Shown here: piece after piece, positions 1-8,656 of the stretch
How the letters are laid out: each line of letters begins with the position of its first letter
Position numbering within the stretch: position 1 is the stretch's first letter
Virus record (IMG/VR): IMGVR_UViG_3300025018_000435
Location: 1-29,520 of that record
Strand: one strand, 5' to 3'
Origin: a virus
Taxonomy: Duplodnaviria > Caudoviricetes
DNA: 29,520 nt
The notes under the pieces: generated by a model
What the model was told of the DNA's origin: nothing
The model's input: only the letters and a program-made list of their open reading frames with translations
The model's database searches: none
Program-made: the position numbers and the translations under genes

Positions 1-2
1 AT

Positions 3-206
3 GATAATTGGAATAATCCTGATAAAGGAGAATATTCTAATGGTGATTGGTTAAGATTTATTTCTAATAATGATTCTTTAGATGAACGAGATTTAAGATG
101 GATTTGGTATAAAGATAATAAAGATGAAGATAATATTAATGAAGGTAGAATAATTAAATATAGACTTGAAAGAAAAAAACAAATTCAAGAAATGTTAAAA
201 TATTAA
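3..206 (+). CDS. 3' end of a hypothetical protein (5'-truncated by the window)
   Basis: Frame 3 is open from the window edge (DNWNNPDKGEYSNGDWLRF...QIQEMLKY) to TAA at 204-206, 12 nt before the next ATG. Confidence 0.7.
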   Translation, partial: DNWNNPDKGEYSNGDWLRFISNNDSLDERDLRWIWYKDNKDEDNINEGRIIKYRLERKKQIQEMLKY

Positions 207-218
207 AAATTATAAATA

Positions 219-752
219 ATGAGTAATGTAAAATTCATAGGTTGCTTACACCTAGGACATAAAGGAATGGCACAACATAGAGGTTTTCAAGATGAATTTC
301 ATCATGATGAACATCTTATAGAACAATGGAATAAAGTTGTTCATAAAAGAGATTTAGTATATATCCTTGGAGATGTTACTATGGAAAAGTCTGAACATTA
401 CTATAGATTAGACCAACTTAATGGTAGAAAAATAGTAGTATTAGGAAATCATGATTTACCCAAACATATAAAAGAACTATTAAGATATGTAGAATCTGTA
501 GCAGGTATGATTAAATATAAAGGTTGTGTATTAACTCATGCTCCTATTCATCCTTCTGAAATTAGTTTTTGTAGAAGAAATATTCATGCACATATACATC
601 ATACAAATGAACTACCAGAGGTGTATGTTCCAGAAAGATATGGTGATAAGAGTAAAATTGAATATCCAACATTACATAAATATATATGTGTAGATGCACA
701 TTTAATTAATTATCAACCTAAGACTTTAATAGAATTAGGTATAAACCCTTAG
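219..752 (+). CDS. Calcineurin-like metallophosphoesterase (small phage type)
   Basis: Motifs GCLHLGH (DxH position has Cys), LGDV, LGNHD, THAP, HAHIH. Confidence 0.85.
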   Translation: MSNVKFIGCLHLGHKGMAQHRGFQDEFHHDEHLIEQWNKVVHKRDLVYILGDVTMEKSEHYYRLDQLNGRKIVVLGNHDLPKHIKELLRYVESVAGMIKYKGCVLTHAPIHPSEISFCRRNIHAHIHHTNELPEVYVPERYGDKSKIEYPTLHKYICVDAHLINYQPKTLIELGINP

Positions 753-755
753 ATT

Positions 756-1160
756 ATGAAAATAGAACCAACATATGTAACATTTGAACAAGCTAAGTTA
801 CTAAAAGAAAAAGGATTCATCAACTCAATAAAAGCATATTATCCAAATGATAGATTCTCTAATGGAGATAGGATAATTGAAGGGTGGAATAATAATTCTG
901 ATTCTCACGTCTCAGCCCCAGAACAATGGCAAGTAGTTGAATATCTAAGAGTTAATCATAATATTGACTTACAAGCTGTTTGTAATTATGGTAGATTAGG
1001 TAGAACATATAGAATGGGAATTATTTTTATTAACAAGGAAAAAGAAGTTGATACGATATTTTTAAGACCAATTGATATGCCTTATTCGTTTATTGAATTT
1101 AACTCACCGCAAGAAGCTTATTTAGCAGCATTTGATTATATTTTAAAAGAATTAATATGA
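756..1160 (+). CDS. Hypothetical phage protein
   Basis: 134-aa ORF tightly packed in the operon; no catalytic motif recognised. Confidence 0.75.
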   Translation: MKIEPTYVTFEQAKLLKEKGFINSIKAYYPNDRFSNGDRIIEGWNNNSDSHVSAPEQWQVVEYLRVNHNIDLQAVCNYGRLGRTYRMGIIFINKEKEVDTIFLRPIDMPYSFIEFNSPQEAYLAAFDYILKELI

Positions 1161-1369
1161 AACAGTTAAATTTAGAAATAGAAACTTTACAAGGTAAAAA
1201 GATAGGAATAAGAAAAATAACCCAATTAAATTGGGATGTTAGCGGAAATTTAACCTACATAGTAGTTGACTTTATGGAAGACAATAATTCTAATGACTAT
1301 TTGGGATTTTTCAAAGAGGGAGACAAGTTTATATCAATTAATAAGAACTTAATAGGAAAAATATTATGA
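1157..1369 (+). CDS. Hypothetical protein
   Basis: ATGA start/stop overlaps with both neighbours. Confidence 0.7.
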   Translation: MKQLNLEIETLQGKKIGIRKITQLNWDVSGNLTYIVVDFMEDNNSNDYLGFFKEGDKFISINKNLIGKIL

Positions 1370-1587
1370 AAAATTTTATATATTCATTTATGTATAATGG
1401 TTGTGTTTACGAAAGTAGTTGGACTACTATCAGTTTACATAGAACTAAAAAAGGGGCAGAAAAAGCTCTAAAAGAACATAGGCAAAAAGAATTAGATGAA
1501 TTTAATAAGTTAGATTTAGGTGACGATAAATACAAATTTGGCGAACACGAAGATTGGTGTATAAAAAAAGTGCAAATATTTGATTAA
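1366..1587 (+). CDS. Hypothetical protein
   Basis: ATGA overlap with the upstream ORF, 73 aa. Confidence 0.7.
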   Translation: MKNFIYSFMYNGCVYESSWTTISLHRTKKGAEKALKEHRQKELDEFNKLDLGDDKYKFGEHEDWCIKKVQIFD

Positions 1588-1607
1588 AAATTATAAAAAA
1601 TAAAATT

Positions 1608-1820
1608 ATGAAAATAAAAGATTTAGACCCAAACACAAATTTAACAAATATTAAAGTTAAAACAACTGATGGAAAAGTTGGTTATTGGAAATCACAATGG
1701 GGTTATCCAGACGGAAAGGCAGGTGTATGGCTTGTAGATAATATAGGAGATAGTAGAGTTAATCCTGTTTTTCTAGAAAATTTAAAAGAAAGTTTAGAAT
1801 GGGAAGTATTAACTGATTAA
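1608..1820 (+). CDS. Hypothetical protein (small, Trp/Gly-rich, probably beta-rich)
   Basis: 70-aa ORF with A-rich leader (aaaattATG). Confidence 0.7.
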   Translation: MKIKDLDPNTNLTNIKVKTTDGKVGYWKSQWGYPDGKAGVWLVDNIGDSRVNPVFLENLKESLEWEVLTD

Positions 1821-1838
1821 ATAAAATTATGAATAAAT

Positions 1839-2648
1839 ATGAAAAATAGAATTTTATGTCTAGGTGATTCTCATGGTGGTTTCTTAGCTGTTAAACAAGT
1901 AATGGAAAGAGCTAAATTTGATAATAATAAAGATACTTTAATATGTTTAGGAGATATTGTAGATGGATGGAGTCAAAGTGCTGAACTTATTCAATATTTT
2001 ATTGATTTACAAAAAGAATCTAATAATAGACATATATTTATTAAAGGAAATCATGATGGAATGTGTAATAATTGGCTTACAAATGGTCAAGCCCCTCTTA
2101 ATTGGACTCAACAAGGAGGACAAGCTAGTATTAACTCTTATATAAAAACAGGTTATATAACTGAAGAATCTCATAGAGAATTTTTTAAAAATCAATTATT
2201 ATATTATATTGATGACCAAAATAGAGCTTTTGTACATGGAGGATTTACTTCAAGAAAAGGGATAGGTCATGAACCTTATGAATCTAATTATTATTGGGAT
2301 AGAGATATGTGGAGTTTAGCAGTAATGAGTCATAATAGTTTATCAGATATACCTAATTTAGTAAAAGATAAAACGCCTAGTAATCTCAGATTTTTAAGAT
2401 ATAAGGAAATATATATAGGACATACAGCTACAGAAAATTGGAATGTTAAACCACATTATCCTGAATATAAAGATAATAATCAAGCTAAACAAGGTAAAAT
2501 AACAGTACCCATGAATAGATGTAATGTGTGGAATCTTGATACAGGAGGAGGGTTTAAAGGTAAAGTAACCTTAATGGATATAGATACTAAAGAATACTTT
2601 CAATCAAATTTTGTTAAAGAATTATATCCAAATGAATTGGGTAGATAA
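1839..2648 (+). CDS. Ser/Thr protein phosphatase-like metallophosphoesterase (PPP / lambda NinI-like)
   Basis: Complete motif series GDSHG, GDIVDG, KGNHD, VHGG, IGHT, LDTG. Confidence 0.9.
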   Translation: MKNRILCLGDSHGGFLAVKQVMERAKFDNNKDTLICLGDIVDGWSQSAELIQYFIDLQKESNNRHIFIKGNHDGMCNNWLTNGQAPLNWTQQGGQASINSYIKTGYITEESHREFFKNQLLYYIDDQNRAFVHGGFTSRKGIGHEPYESNYYWDRDMWSLAVMSHNSLSDIPNLVKDKTPSNLRFLRYKEIYIGHTATENWNVKPHYPEYKDNNQAKQGKITVPMNRCNVWNLDTGGGFKGKVTLMDIDTKEYFQSNFVKELYPNELGR

Positions 2649-2667
2649 AATAAATAAAAATAATATT

Positions 2668-2853
2668 ATGCCAGATATATCAATGTGTGACAACAATAAT
2701 TGTCCATCAAAAGAAGAATGTTATAGATTTAAAGCTATATCAAATGATTATCAAACATATACTTTATTTATAGTAAAAGAAAATGAAGATAAATGTGATG
2801 ATTTTATGAAAATAAATAAATATAATTTAATTAGAAAAGATGATAAAATATGA
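2668..2853 (+). CDS. Small Cys-rich hypothetical protein
   Basis: In-frame ATG at 2668 (MPDISMCDNNNCPSKEECYRF...KCDDF) avoids the overlap of the track's 2611 start; four Cys suggest metal binding. Confidence 0.7.
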   Translation: MPDISMCDNNNCPSKEECYRFKAISNDYQTYTLFIVKENEDKCDDFMKINKYNLIRKDDKI

Positions 2854-2993
2854 ATGAAAAATATTTTTATTTTATAATTGAATTTATTAAATAAACTAAA
2901 ATAAATAAAATGACAAAACAATATGAATGAAAAATATTTTTATTTTATAATTGAATTTATTAAATAAACTAAAATTAATAAAATGACAAAACA
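2848..2993 (+). repeat. 73-bp direct tandem duplication (2 copies, 1 mismatch)
   Basis: 2848-2920 and 2921-2993 both read atatgaatgaaaaatatttttattttataattgaatttattaaataaactaaaat(a/t)aataaaatgacaaaaca. Confidence 0.95.
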
Positions 2994-3133
2994 AGAATTA
3001 AGGATTTTGATAGTGATGTCGTAAAATTTTTGGATAATGAATGAATTTCAAATTAAAAACGAGGTGTTAAATAAACTTAAAAGTTATGAAAAATAAAATA
3101 TATACAACAAAAAAAGAATAAAATGTATAAATT

Positions 3134-3391
3134 ATGAATATAAAATTAATGAAATTTGAATCAAAAGTAATAAAACAACATAGAACAGAGTTATTTGAAC
3201 AAATCATAAAAGAAATATCTATTCCAGAATATAAATTTGAATCTTATAATAAAAAATTAATAAAATACTTTGGTTTAAAATATTTAAATATAAAAACAAA
3301 TAAAATATTATATAATTATGAAATAATTATTATAAAAAATAAAACTTGTTACACTGTATATTGTAATAAACAAAAAATAAAAGAATTATGA
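3134..3391 (+). CDS. Hypothetical basic protein
   Basis: 85-aa ORF, ATGA-coupled to the polymerase start. Confidence 0.55.
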   Translation: MNIKLMKFESKVIKQHRTELFEQIIKEISIPEYKFESYNKKLIKYFGLKYLNIKTNKILYNYEIIIIKNKTCYTVYCNKQKIKEL

Positions 3392-4507
3392 AAGAAATAT
3401 ATATCTATGATTTAGAAACATATAAAAATTTCTTTTTAGCAACATTTAAATTACCTTATAAAGATAAATGGTATGAATTTGAAATATCAGATAGAAAAAA
3501 TGATATAGATATATTAAGATTATTTCTTAAAAATGTAAAAGGATTAGTAGGATTTAATAATTTAAATTTTGATTATCCTGTATTACATAATACAATATTA
3601 TCAAATAATTTAGATTGGAAAGCTGAAAATATTTTTAAACAGGTACAAGAAATTATTAATAGTGAATATTCTTCTATTAAAAATAAGGATATTAAAGTAG
3701 CTCAGCTTGATTTATATAAAATTTGGCATTATGACAACCAAGCAAGAAGAACATCTCTTAAATGGCTTGAATTTGCTATGAGAATGGATAATATTCAAGA
3801 TTTACCATATAAACCAAATAGTATTCTTGATTCTGAACAAATGAATGAAGTCAAATCTTATTGTAGAAATGATGTTTTAGCAACAGAAATGTTTTATAAT
3901 AAATCTAAACAAAAAATAAACTTTAGAATGAATATGTCTAAAGAATTAAATTACAATGTAATAAATTACTCGGATGTTGCAATAGGTGAATATATAAATA
4001 GAAAAACTTATGAAAAATTAAGTAATAGAAATTATTATGACTTTAAAGATTTAAGAACTTATAGAAAACTATTTCATATTAAAGATTTAATACCTGACTA
4101 TATTAAATATAAAAGTGATTATTTAAATAATTTTCTTAATGAAATAAAAGATAAATCATTTAAAGATAATGAAAATTTTGAAAGAAATTTAAATTTTGCT
4201 GGAATACAACTAACTTTTGCTAAAGGAGGATTACATTCAGTTGATAAACCAAGTATTATACAATGTGAAAAAGGATATAGTCTTAAGGAAAAAGACGTAG
4301 GTTCAATGTACCCAGGTTCTATAATAAATGGAGAATTTTATCCTCAACATTTAGGAAAAGAATGGTATTTAGGTATTAAACATTTATTTGATGAAAGAAA
4401 TTTAGGTATTAAACCTAAAATGAAAACTTTAAATTCAGATACAAAAGAATATCAATTTTTAAATGCTAAACAAGAAGCTTATAAATTAGCTATGAATGGT
4501 GGTGGGT
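3388..4507 (+). CDS. polB: Family B DNA polymerase, exon 1 (3'-5' exonuclease domain, motif A, first half of motif B)
   Basis: ExoI YDLETY, ExoII GFNNLNFD, ExoIII YCRNDV, motif A KDVGSMYP, motif B start KLAMNGGG. Join 3388..4507,5550..6424 gives 664 aa. Confidence 0.92.
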
Positions 4508-5549
4508 GAATAGTACCATTCAAAGCAACCTTTATATTATATTATACGTATAATATGTATGATAGGAATATATTATATAAAATGTAAATTAAATAAAAAA
4601 GTTTACATAGGTAGCTCAATAAATATTAAACAGAGATTTGAAAAACATTTTTATCTATTAAAATATAATAAACATACTAATAGATATTTACAAAATGTAT
4701 ATAATAAATATGGATTTGATAGTTTTAATTACGGTATTATTGAATTTTGTAAAGAAGAAATTCTTTTAGAAAGAGAACAATACTACATTGATAATAATAA
4801 AAATTTATTAAATATAGTCTTAATTGATGTTACAAGACCTTCTCTTGATAAAGAAACAAGAGATAGAATCAGTAATACAATAAATGAAAGAATAAAAAAT
4901 GGTATTATACCACGATTTAATAAAGGAAATTTTAAAAAAAATAATATACCTTGGAATAAAGGTAAAAAATATGATTCTACAGAACATTTAAAAGTTTCAA
5001 AAACAATTACATTAGCATTTTTAAAAGGAAGAAAATCTTTTTCTAAAACTTTAAGAGAAAATGCTCCAGAAATTTATGTATATAATTTAAATAATAAATT
5101 TTTAGGTAAATGGCGTTCTTCAAAAGATTTAGAAGAATATTCATTAAATAAAAATTGTATTTTAAAGTTTCATATGATATTAAGAAATAAATTAGGAAGA
5201 AATGAATATTCCCCCTATATATTAAAATCTATTACTATTAATAAATCAATTAAAACAAACAAACCCTATAAAGGTTTAATATTTAAAACCGTGCCCCTTT
5301 AAACAGTAATGTTTATAGCAAATTACGTGAATTGCTGGAAGACTAAATCAAAATGATATGTTAATCAGCAGCCAAGTTTAGTAAGGAATTACTTTAAAGG
5401 TTCAGAGACTAGGAAACGAGACTAGAACAGTCAGTAAATTTCCCACGAGTGCGTAACACCCCATAATTTATAGGATGATGATATAGTCCGAGCTTATAGG
5501 AAACTATAAGAAATAGAAGATAAAGAACTTCTATGATAACAAAAAATAG
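4508..5549 (+). mobile_element. Group I self-splicing intron in polB, homing endonuclease gene in loop L1
   Basis: Exon ends in U4507 and intron ends in G5549. IGS CCGU-G-CCC (5289-5296) pairs with 5' exon GGGU (P1, U.G) and 3' exon ACGG (P10). P aattgctggaa 5330-5340, Q aatcagcagcc 5363-5373, R gttcagagacta 5400-5411, S gatatagtcc 5480-5489; P3 ttacgt/gcgtaa; P7 gacta/tagtc. Splicing restores KLAMNGGG-Y-GKTG. Confidence 0.93.
4559..5302 (+). CDS. Intron-encoded GIY-YIG homing endonuclease
   Basis: N-terminal GIYYI...VYIGSS, downstream conserved R and EREQ, NUMOD-like PWNKGKK segment; lies inside the intron. Confidence 0.92.
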   Translation: MIGIYYIKCKLNKKVYIGSSINIKQRFEKHFYLLKYNKHTNRYLQNVYNKYGFDSFNYGIIEFCKEEILLEREQYYIDNNKNLLNIVLIDVTRPSLDKETRDRISNTINERIKNGIIPRFNKGNFKKNNIPWNKGKKYDSTEHLKVSKTITLAFLKGRKSFSKTLRENAPEIYVYNLNNKFLGKWRSSKDLEEYSLNKNCILKFHMILRNKLGRNEYSPYILKSITINKSIKTNKPYKGLIFKTVPL

Positions 5550-6424
5550 ACGGAAAAACAGGTTCTAATTATAGTTGGCAATATGACCCAATGGTAATTA
5601 TGAAAACTACATTTAAAGGTCAATTATCATTAATAATGCTTATTGAACAATTATATGATATTGGTTGTACAATAATATCAGCTAATACTGATGGTGTTGT
5701 TATTTATTATAATAATAAAATTGAAAATGAAGTTGTTAAAATTCATAAACAATGGGAGGAAACTACTAAATATATTTTAGAAGATACCAATTATAATAAA
5801 ATTATATTCAGAGATGTAAATAATTATATAGCAGATATAATAGATGAAAATGAAAATCATATAAAATATAAATTTAAAGGTTGTTATGAAATTGATAAAG
5901 ATTATCATAAAAATCATTCTAAAAGAATAGTAGCTATAGCAGCTTTTAATTACTTTATTAATGGTATTGAACCTTGTATTACTATTAAAGAACATTTAAA
6001 TGATATAAAATATGATTTTTGTGAAAATTATGGTATTTTTGATTTTTGTATTGGTTCTAAAATGACAGGTAAAAATGTTTTACATGAAAGAATTATAACT
6101 AATAATAGTATAACAGATATTCCATTAGGTAAAGTTAATAGATATTATGTTTCTAAAACTGGTAATCAATTAATAAAAATATTACCACCTCTTGAAAAAA
6201 ATTATAGAACAGATACTGATAAATTTAAAGAAAAACATCCTAATCAATTAAATATGTTTGATTTCATAGAAGATGAAACATTAGTAGAACCTAAAAATAG
6301 AGAAACTAATATTGAAGCTGGATGGAAGTGTACATTATTTAATAAATATAAAAAAAAAGATAATTATAATTTATCTTTAAATTACTATATATCAGAAATA
6401 AATAAATTAATTAATTTAGAATAA
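5550..6424 (+). CDS. polB: Family B DNA polymerase, exon 2 (end of motif B, motif C, thumb)
   Basis: Frame is open upstream of the track's 5591 start: (Y)GKTGSNYSWQYDPMV; motif C ANTDGV, then DVNNY and KFKG. Confidence 0.92.
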
Positions 6425-6429
6425 AGAAA

Positions 6430-6583
6430 ACGTACCATCATAGTCTCTGATTAAATTTATTTAATTATACGCAGATGAAGTGCATTAGATAGGCTGTACA
6501 CCTAATTCTAATTAGCTATATAAGATGGTTTAGCCCAATGCTTATATGAACAGCTCAAGCTAAAGTCGGAGCTGTTATTTATT
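6430..6583 (+). other. Structured non-coding segment ending in a terminator-like hairpin
   Basis: Higher GC than its surroundings, several nested helices; last hairpin aacagctc (6549-6556)/gagctgtt (6569-6576) with only a weak U tail. Confidence 0.45.
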
Positions 6584-6606
6584 AACTTAGAATAAAAATA
6601 TAAATT

Positions 6607-6849
6607 ATGATAAAAATATCAATAATATTATTAAGATTATTAACTTTACCATTTTTAATAGGAATATTAATAATAGCATACACATATAATTTATTTAAAT
6701 CATGTTATTATTTTTTAATACATGGAGGAGAATTTATAACTTATAATGAAAAAAATCAAAGAAAAAGTATAGAAGATATTTATAATCAACTATATAATAT
6801 TAATAATAAAAATTTAAAATTATGGGATGGGGAACAGATTTCACAATAA
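6607..6849 (+). CDS. Small putative membrane protein
   Basis: Hydrophobic N-terminus ISIILLRLLTLPFLIGILIIAY. Confidence 0.65.
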   Translation: MIKISIILLRLLTLPFLIGILIIAYTYNLFKSCYYFLIHGGEFITYNEKNQRKSIEDIYNQLYNINNKNLKLWDGEQISQ

Positions 6850-7145
6850 ATATTTTTTTAAATAAAAAAATATATGTTTCAAGAGAAGAAGTAGAAGATA
6901 GAGTAGAAGAATTAGAAGCAGATATTAAAGGTGATTATAATAAATTAATGATGTTTGCTTCATCAAATATTAAAGATATTGTTCCTAAAGATTGGAATGA
7001 TGAACCTATTAATTGGCTTCATAGAGAAATAGGAAGTATTTTAGAAACAATAGAAGAATATCAATATGAATTATTTAATTTACAATTATATTTAGATTAT
7101 TTAAAAAAAAATAATATTAATATTATAAAAAAAGAAAAAATATGA
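6822..7145 (+). CDS. Hypothetical protein (helical/coiled-coil)
   Basis: 107-aa ORF, ATGA-coupled to the next gene. Confidence 0.75.
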   Translation: MGWGTDFTINIFLNKKIYVSREEVEDRVEELEADIKGDYNKLMMFASSNIKDIVPKDWNDEPINWLHREIGSILETIEEYQYELFNLQLYLDYLKKNNINIIKKEKI

Positions 7146-8128
7146 TAGAAGAAAAAAAATTACCTGATAAATTTAGAATAAAAATAGAAAATAATAATGG
7201 TAAAGAAATTATTGATTTTTTAGTCAATAAAGGTTATAATAATAATTTTAAATATAAGGGTGGTCTTACACAAGGTTATTATGGTTATGATGCTTCTAGA
7301 AGAAATTATATTCAAACTTGTGAGTTAATGTACACTACCAAAGGATACACATTATCTGAATTTAAAAAATTATTTGAAAAAGAAAAACAATATGAATATA
7401 AAGTAGTTCATTGTACCACTCAAGAGGAATGGAATTTTGTATTAGACAGAATAAAAAATCCTTTAGAAGTTATTGAAAATAGTTTTAAAAATTATAATAA
7501 TATTTGTATTAATATTATAACAGGAACTTATGAGAGATTAGAATGGTATCAAAATCATAATAGTAAAATTTATTCTTTTAAAGAGTGGTGTGAAGAATTT
7601 AATCATGAATTTAGTATTTTAGAATATAAACACAGTCCATTTCCTGATTATCCTTATTTTACAGCTAGAGTTACTAAAGATATTGTAAAAAAAGATTTAA
7701 AAATTAAAGGATGTTTACCAGAAATTATACCAAAGGGTAGTATAACTTGGTTTGGATATAATGTCTATTATGATTATTTTATAAAAGATAACTATAATAA
7801 TACTATACACCCAGAAGGTAATAAATATGCAGTTAATATACCTGTTGAATATTTTGAAATAATTGAAATATTTAATAATAATTCTAAAGAAGAAGAATTA
7901 AAAAACTTAATACATTCTAAAGACAAAGAACAAATAGAAACTAAATATACCTTTGATGATATGGTTAAAAAATATAATAATATGTTATATAAATATACAC
8001 CAATAGCATATAGTGCTAGACCACGATTATATCATGAAACATCTAATAATATTTATAAAAAACCACTAACAATAAAAGAATGTGAAAATAATAAAATAGA
8101 AAAATTACCAACTAAAAATTGGTATTAA
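7142..8128 (+). CDS. Hypothetical, probably multi-module phage protein
   Basis: 328-aa ORF; no catalytic motif recognised. Confidence 0.75.
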   Translation: MIEEKKLPDKFRIKIENNNGKEIIDFLVNKGYNNNFKYKGGLTQGYYGYDASRRNYIQTCELMYTTKGYTLSEFKKLFEKEKQYEYKVVHCTTQEEWNFVLDRIKNPLEVIENSFKNYNNICINIITGTYERLEWYQNHNSKIYSFKEWCEEFNHEFSILEYKHSPFPDYPYFTARVTKDIVKKDLKIKGCLPEIIPKGSITWFGYNVYYDYFIKDNYNNTIHPEGNKYAVNIPVEYFEIIEIFNNNSKEEELKNLIHSKDKEQIETKYTFDDMVKKYNNMLYKYTPIAYSARPRLYHETSNNIYKKPLTIKECENNKIEKLPTKNWY

Positions 8129-8176
8129 AAAAGTAAACAAATAATAATTATAAATAATTTAAAATTAATAAAGAAC

Positions 8177-8638
8177 ATGAAAAAATTAGGTATTGTAAAA
8201 TCATTTATAGCATTTTTTAACTTAGAAGAAGAAGGAAAAGTATTATCATTTTTTAATAAAGTAGAGAAATCTATTTTAAAAGAAATGAAAGTAGTAGAAT
8301 TTAATTTTGAACAGGAGAAATTTAAATTAGAAAATAAAATTTCTACTTTAAAAGATAGATTAGAAGATATTCAAGAAGAATTTGAACAATCATTTCTTGA
8401 TATAAATATGAATAATATTGAAACCAAACAGGGTCAAGAAGATTATGTAGATACATATTTATCTAATATTAGAAACAAAGAAGTAATTCTTGAAAAAGTA
8501 AAAGAAGAATTAGCTGATACTAAAACTGCTTTAAAAGATATTATTTCTAACAGAAAAAATACAATGGATAAACTTAATAATAGATTAAAAACACTTAATG
8601 ATGGTGTTGATACATCTAATATTATAAAAAAACAATAA
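8177..8638 (+). CDS. Coiled-coil hypothetical protein
   Basis: 153 aa, E/K-rich heptad pattern. Confidence 0.75.
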   Translation: MKKLGIVKSFIAFFNLEEEGKVLSFFNKVEKSILKEMKVVEFNFEQEKFKLENKISTLKDRLEDIQEEFEQSFLDINMNNIETKQGQEDYVDTYLSNIRNKEVILEKVKEELADTKTALKDIISNRKNTMDKLNNRLKTLNDGVDTSNIIKKQ

Positions 8639-8656
8639 TAATTTAATAAAACAATT

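Noticed and set aside
1963-2195. Track ORFs 1963..2145 (+) and 2007..2195 (-)
   Set aside because: Fully nested in the phosphatase gene; no motifs; shadow ORFs.
2848-2993. CRISPR array or iteron set
   Set aside because: Only two directly abutting 73-bp copies with no spacers.
3388-6424. polB as a pseudogene, two-subunit gene or intein-containing gene
   Set aside because: The insert has in-frame stops, a full group I core and exact P1/P10 pairing; RNA splicing restores the frame and the catalytic Tyr.
6425-6485. Hammerhead ribozyme (gaaa...gtc...cagatga)
   Set aside because: Core reads CAGAUGA rather than CUGAUGA, and stems I and III cannot be formed in the required register.
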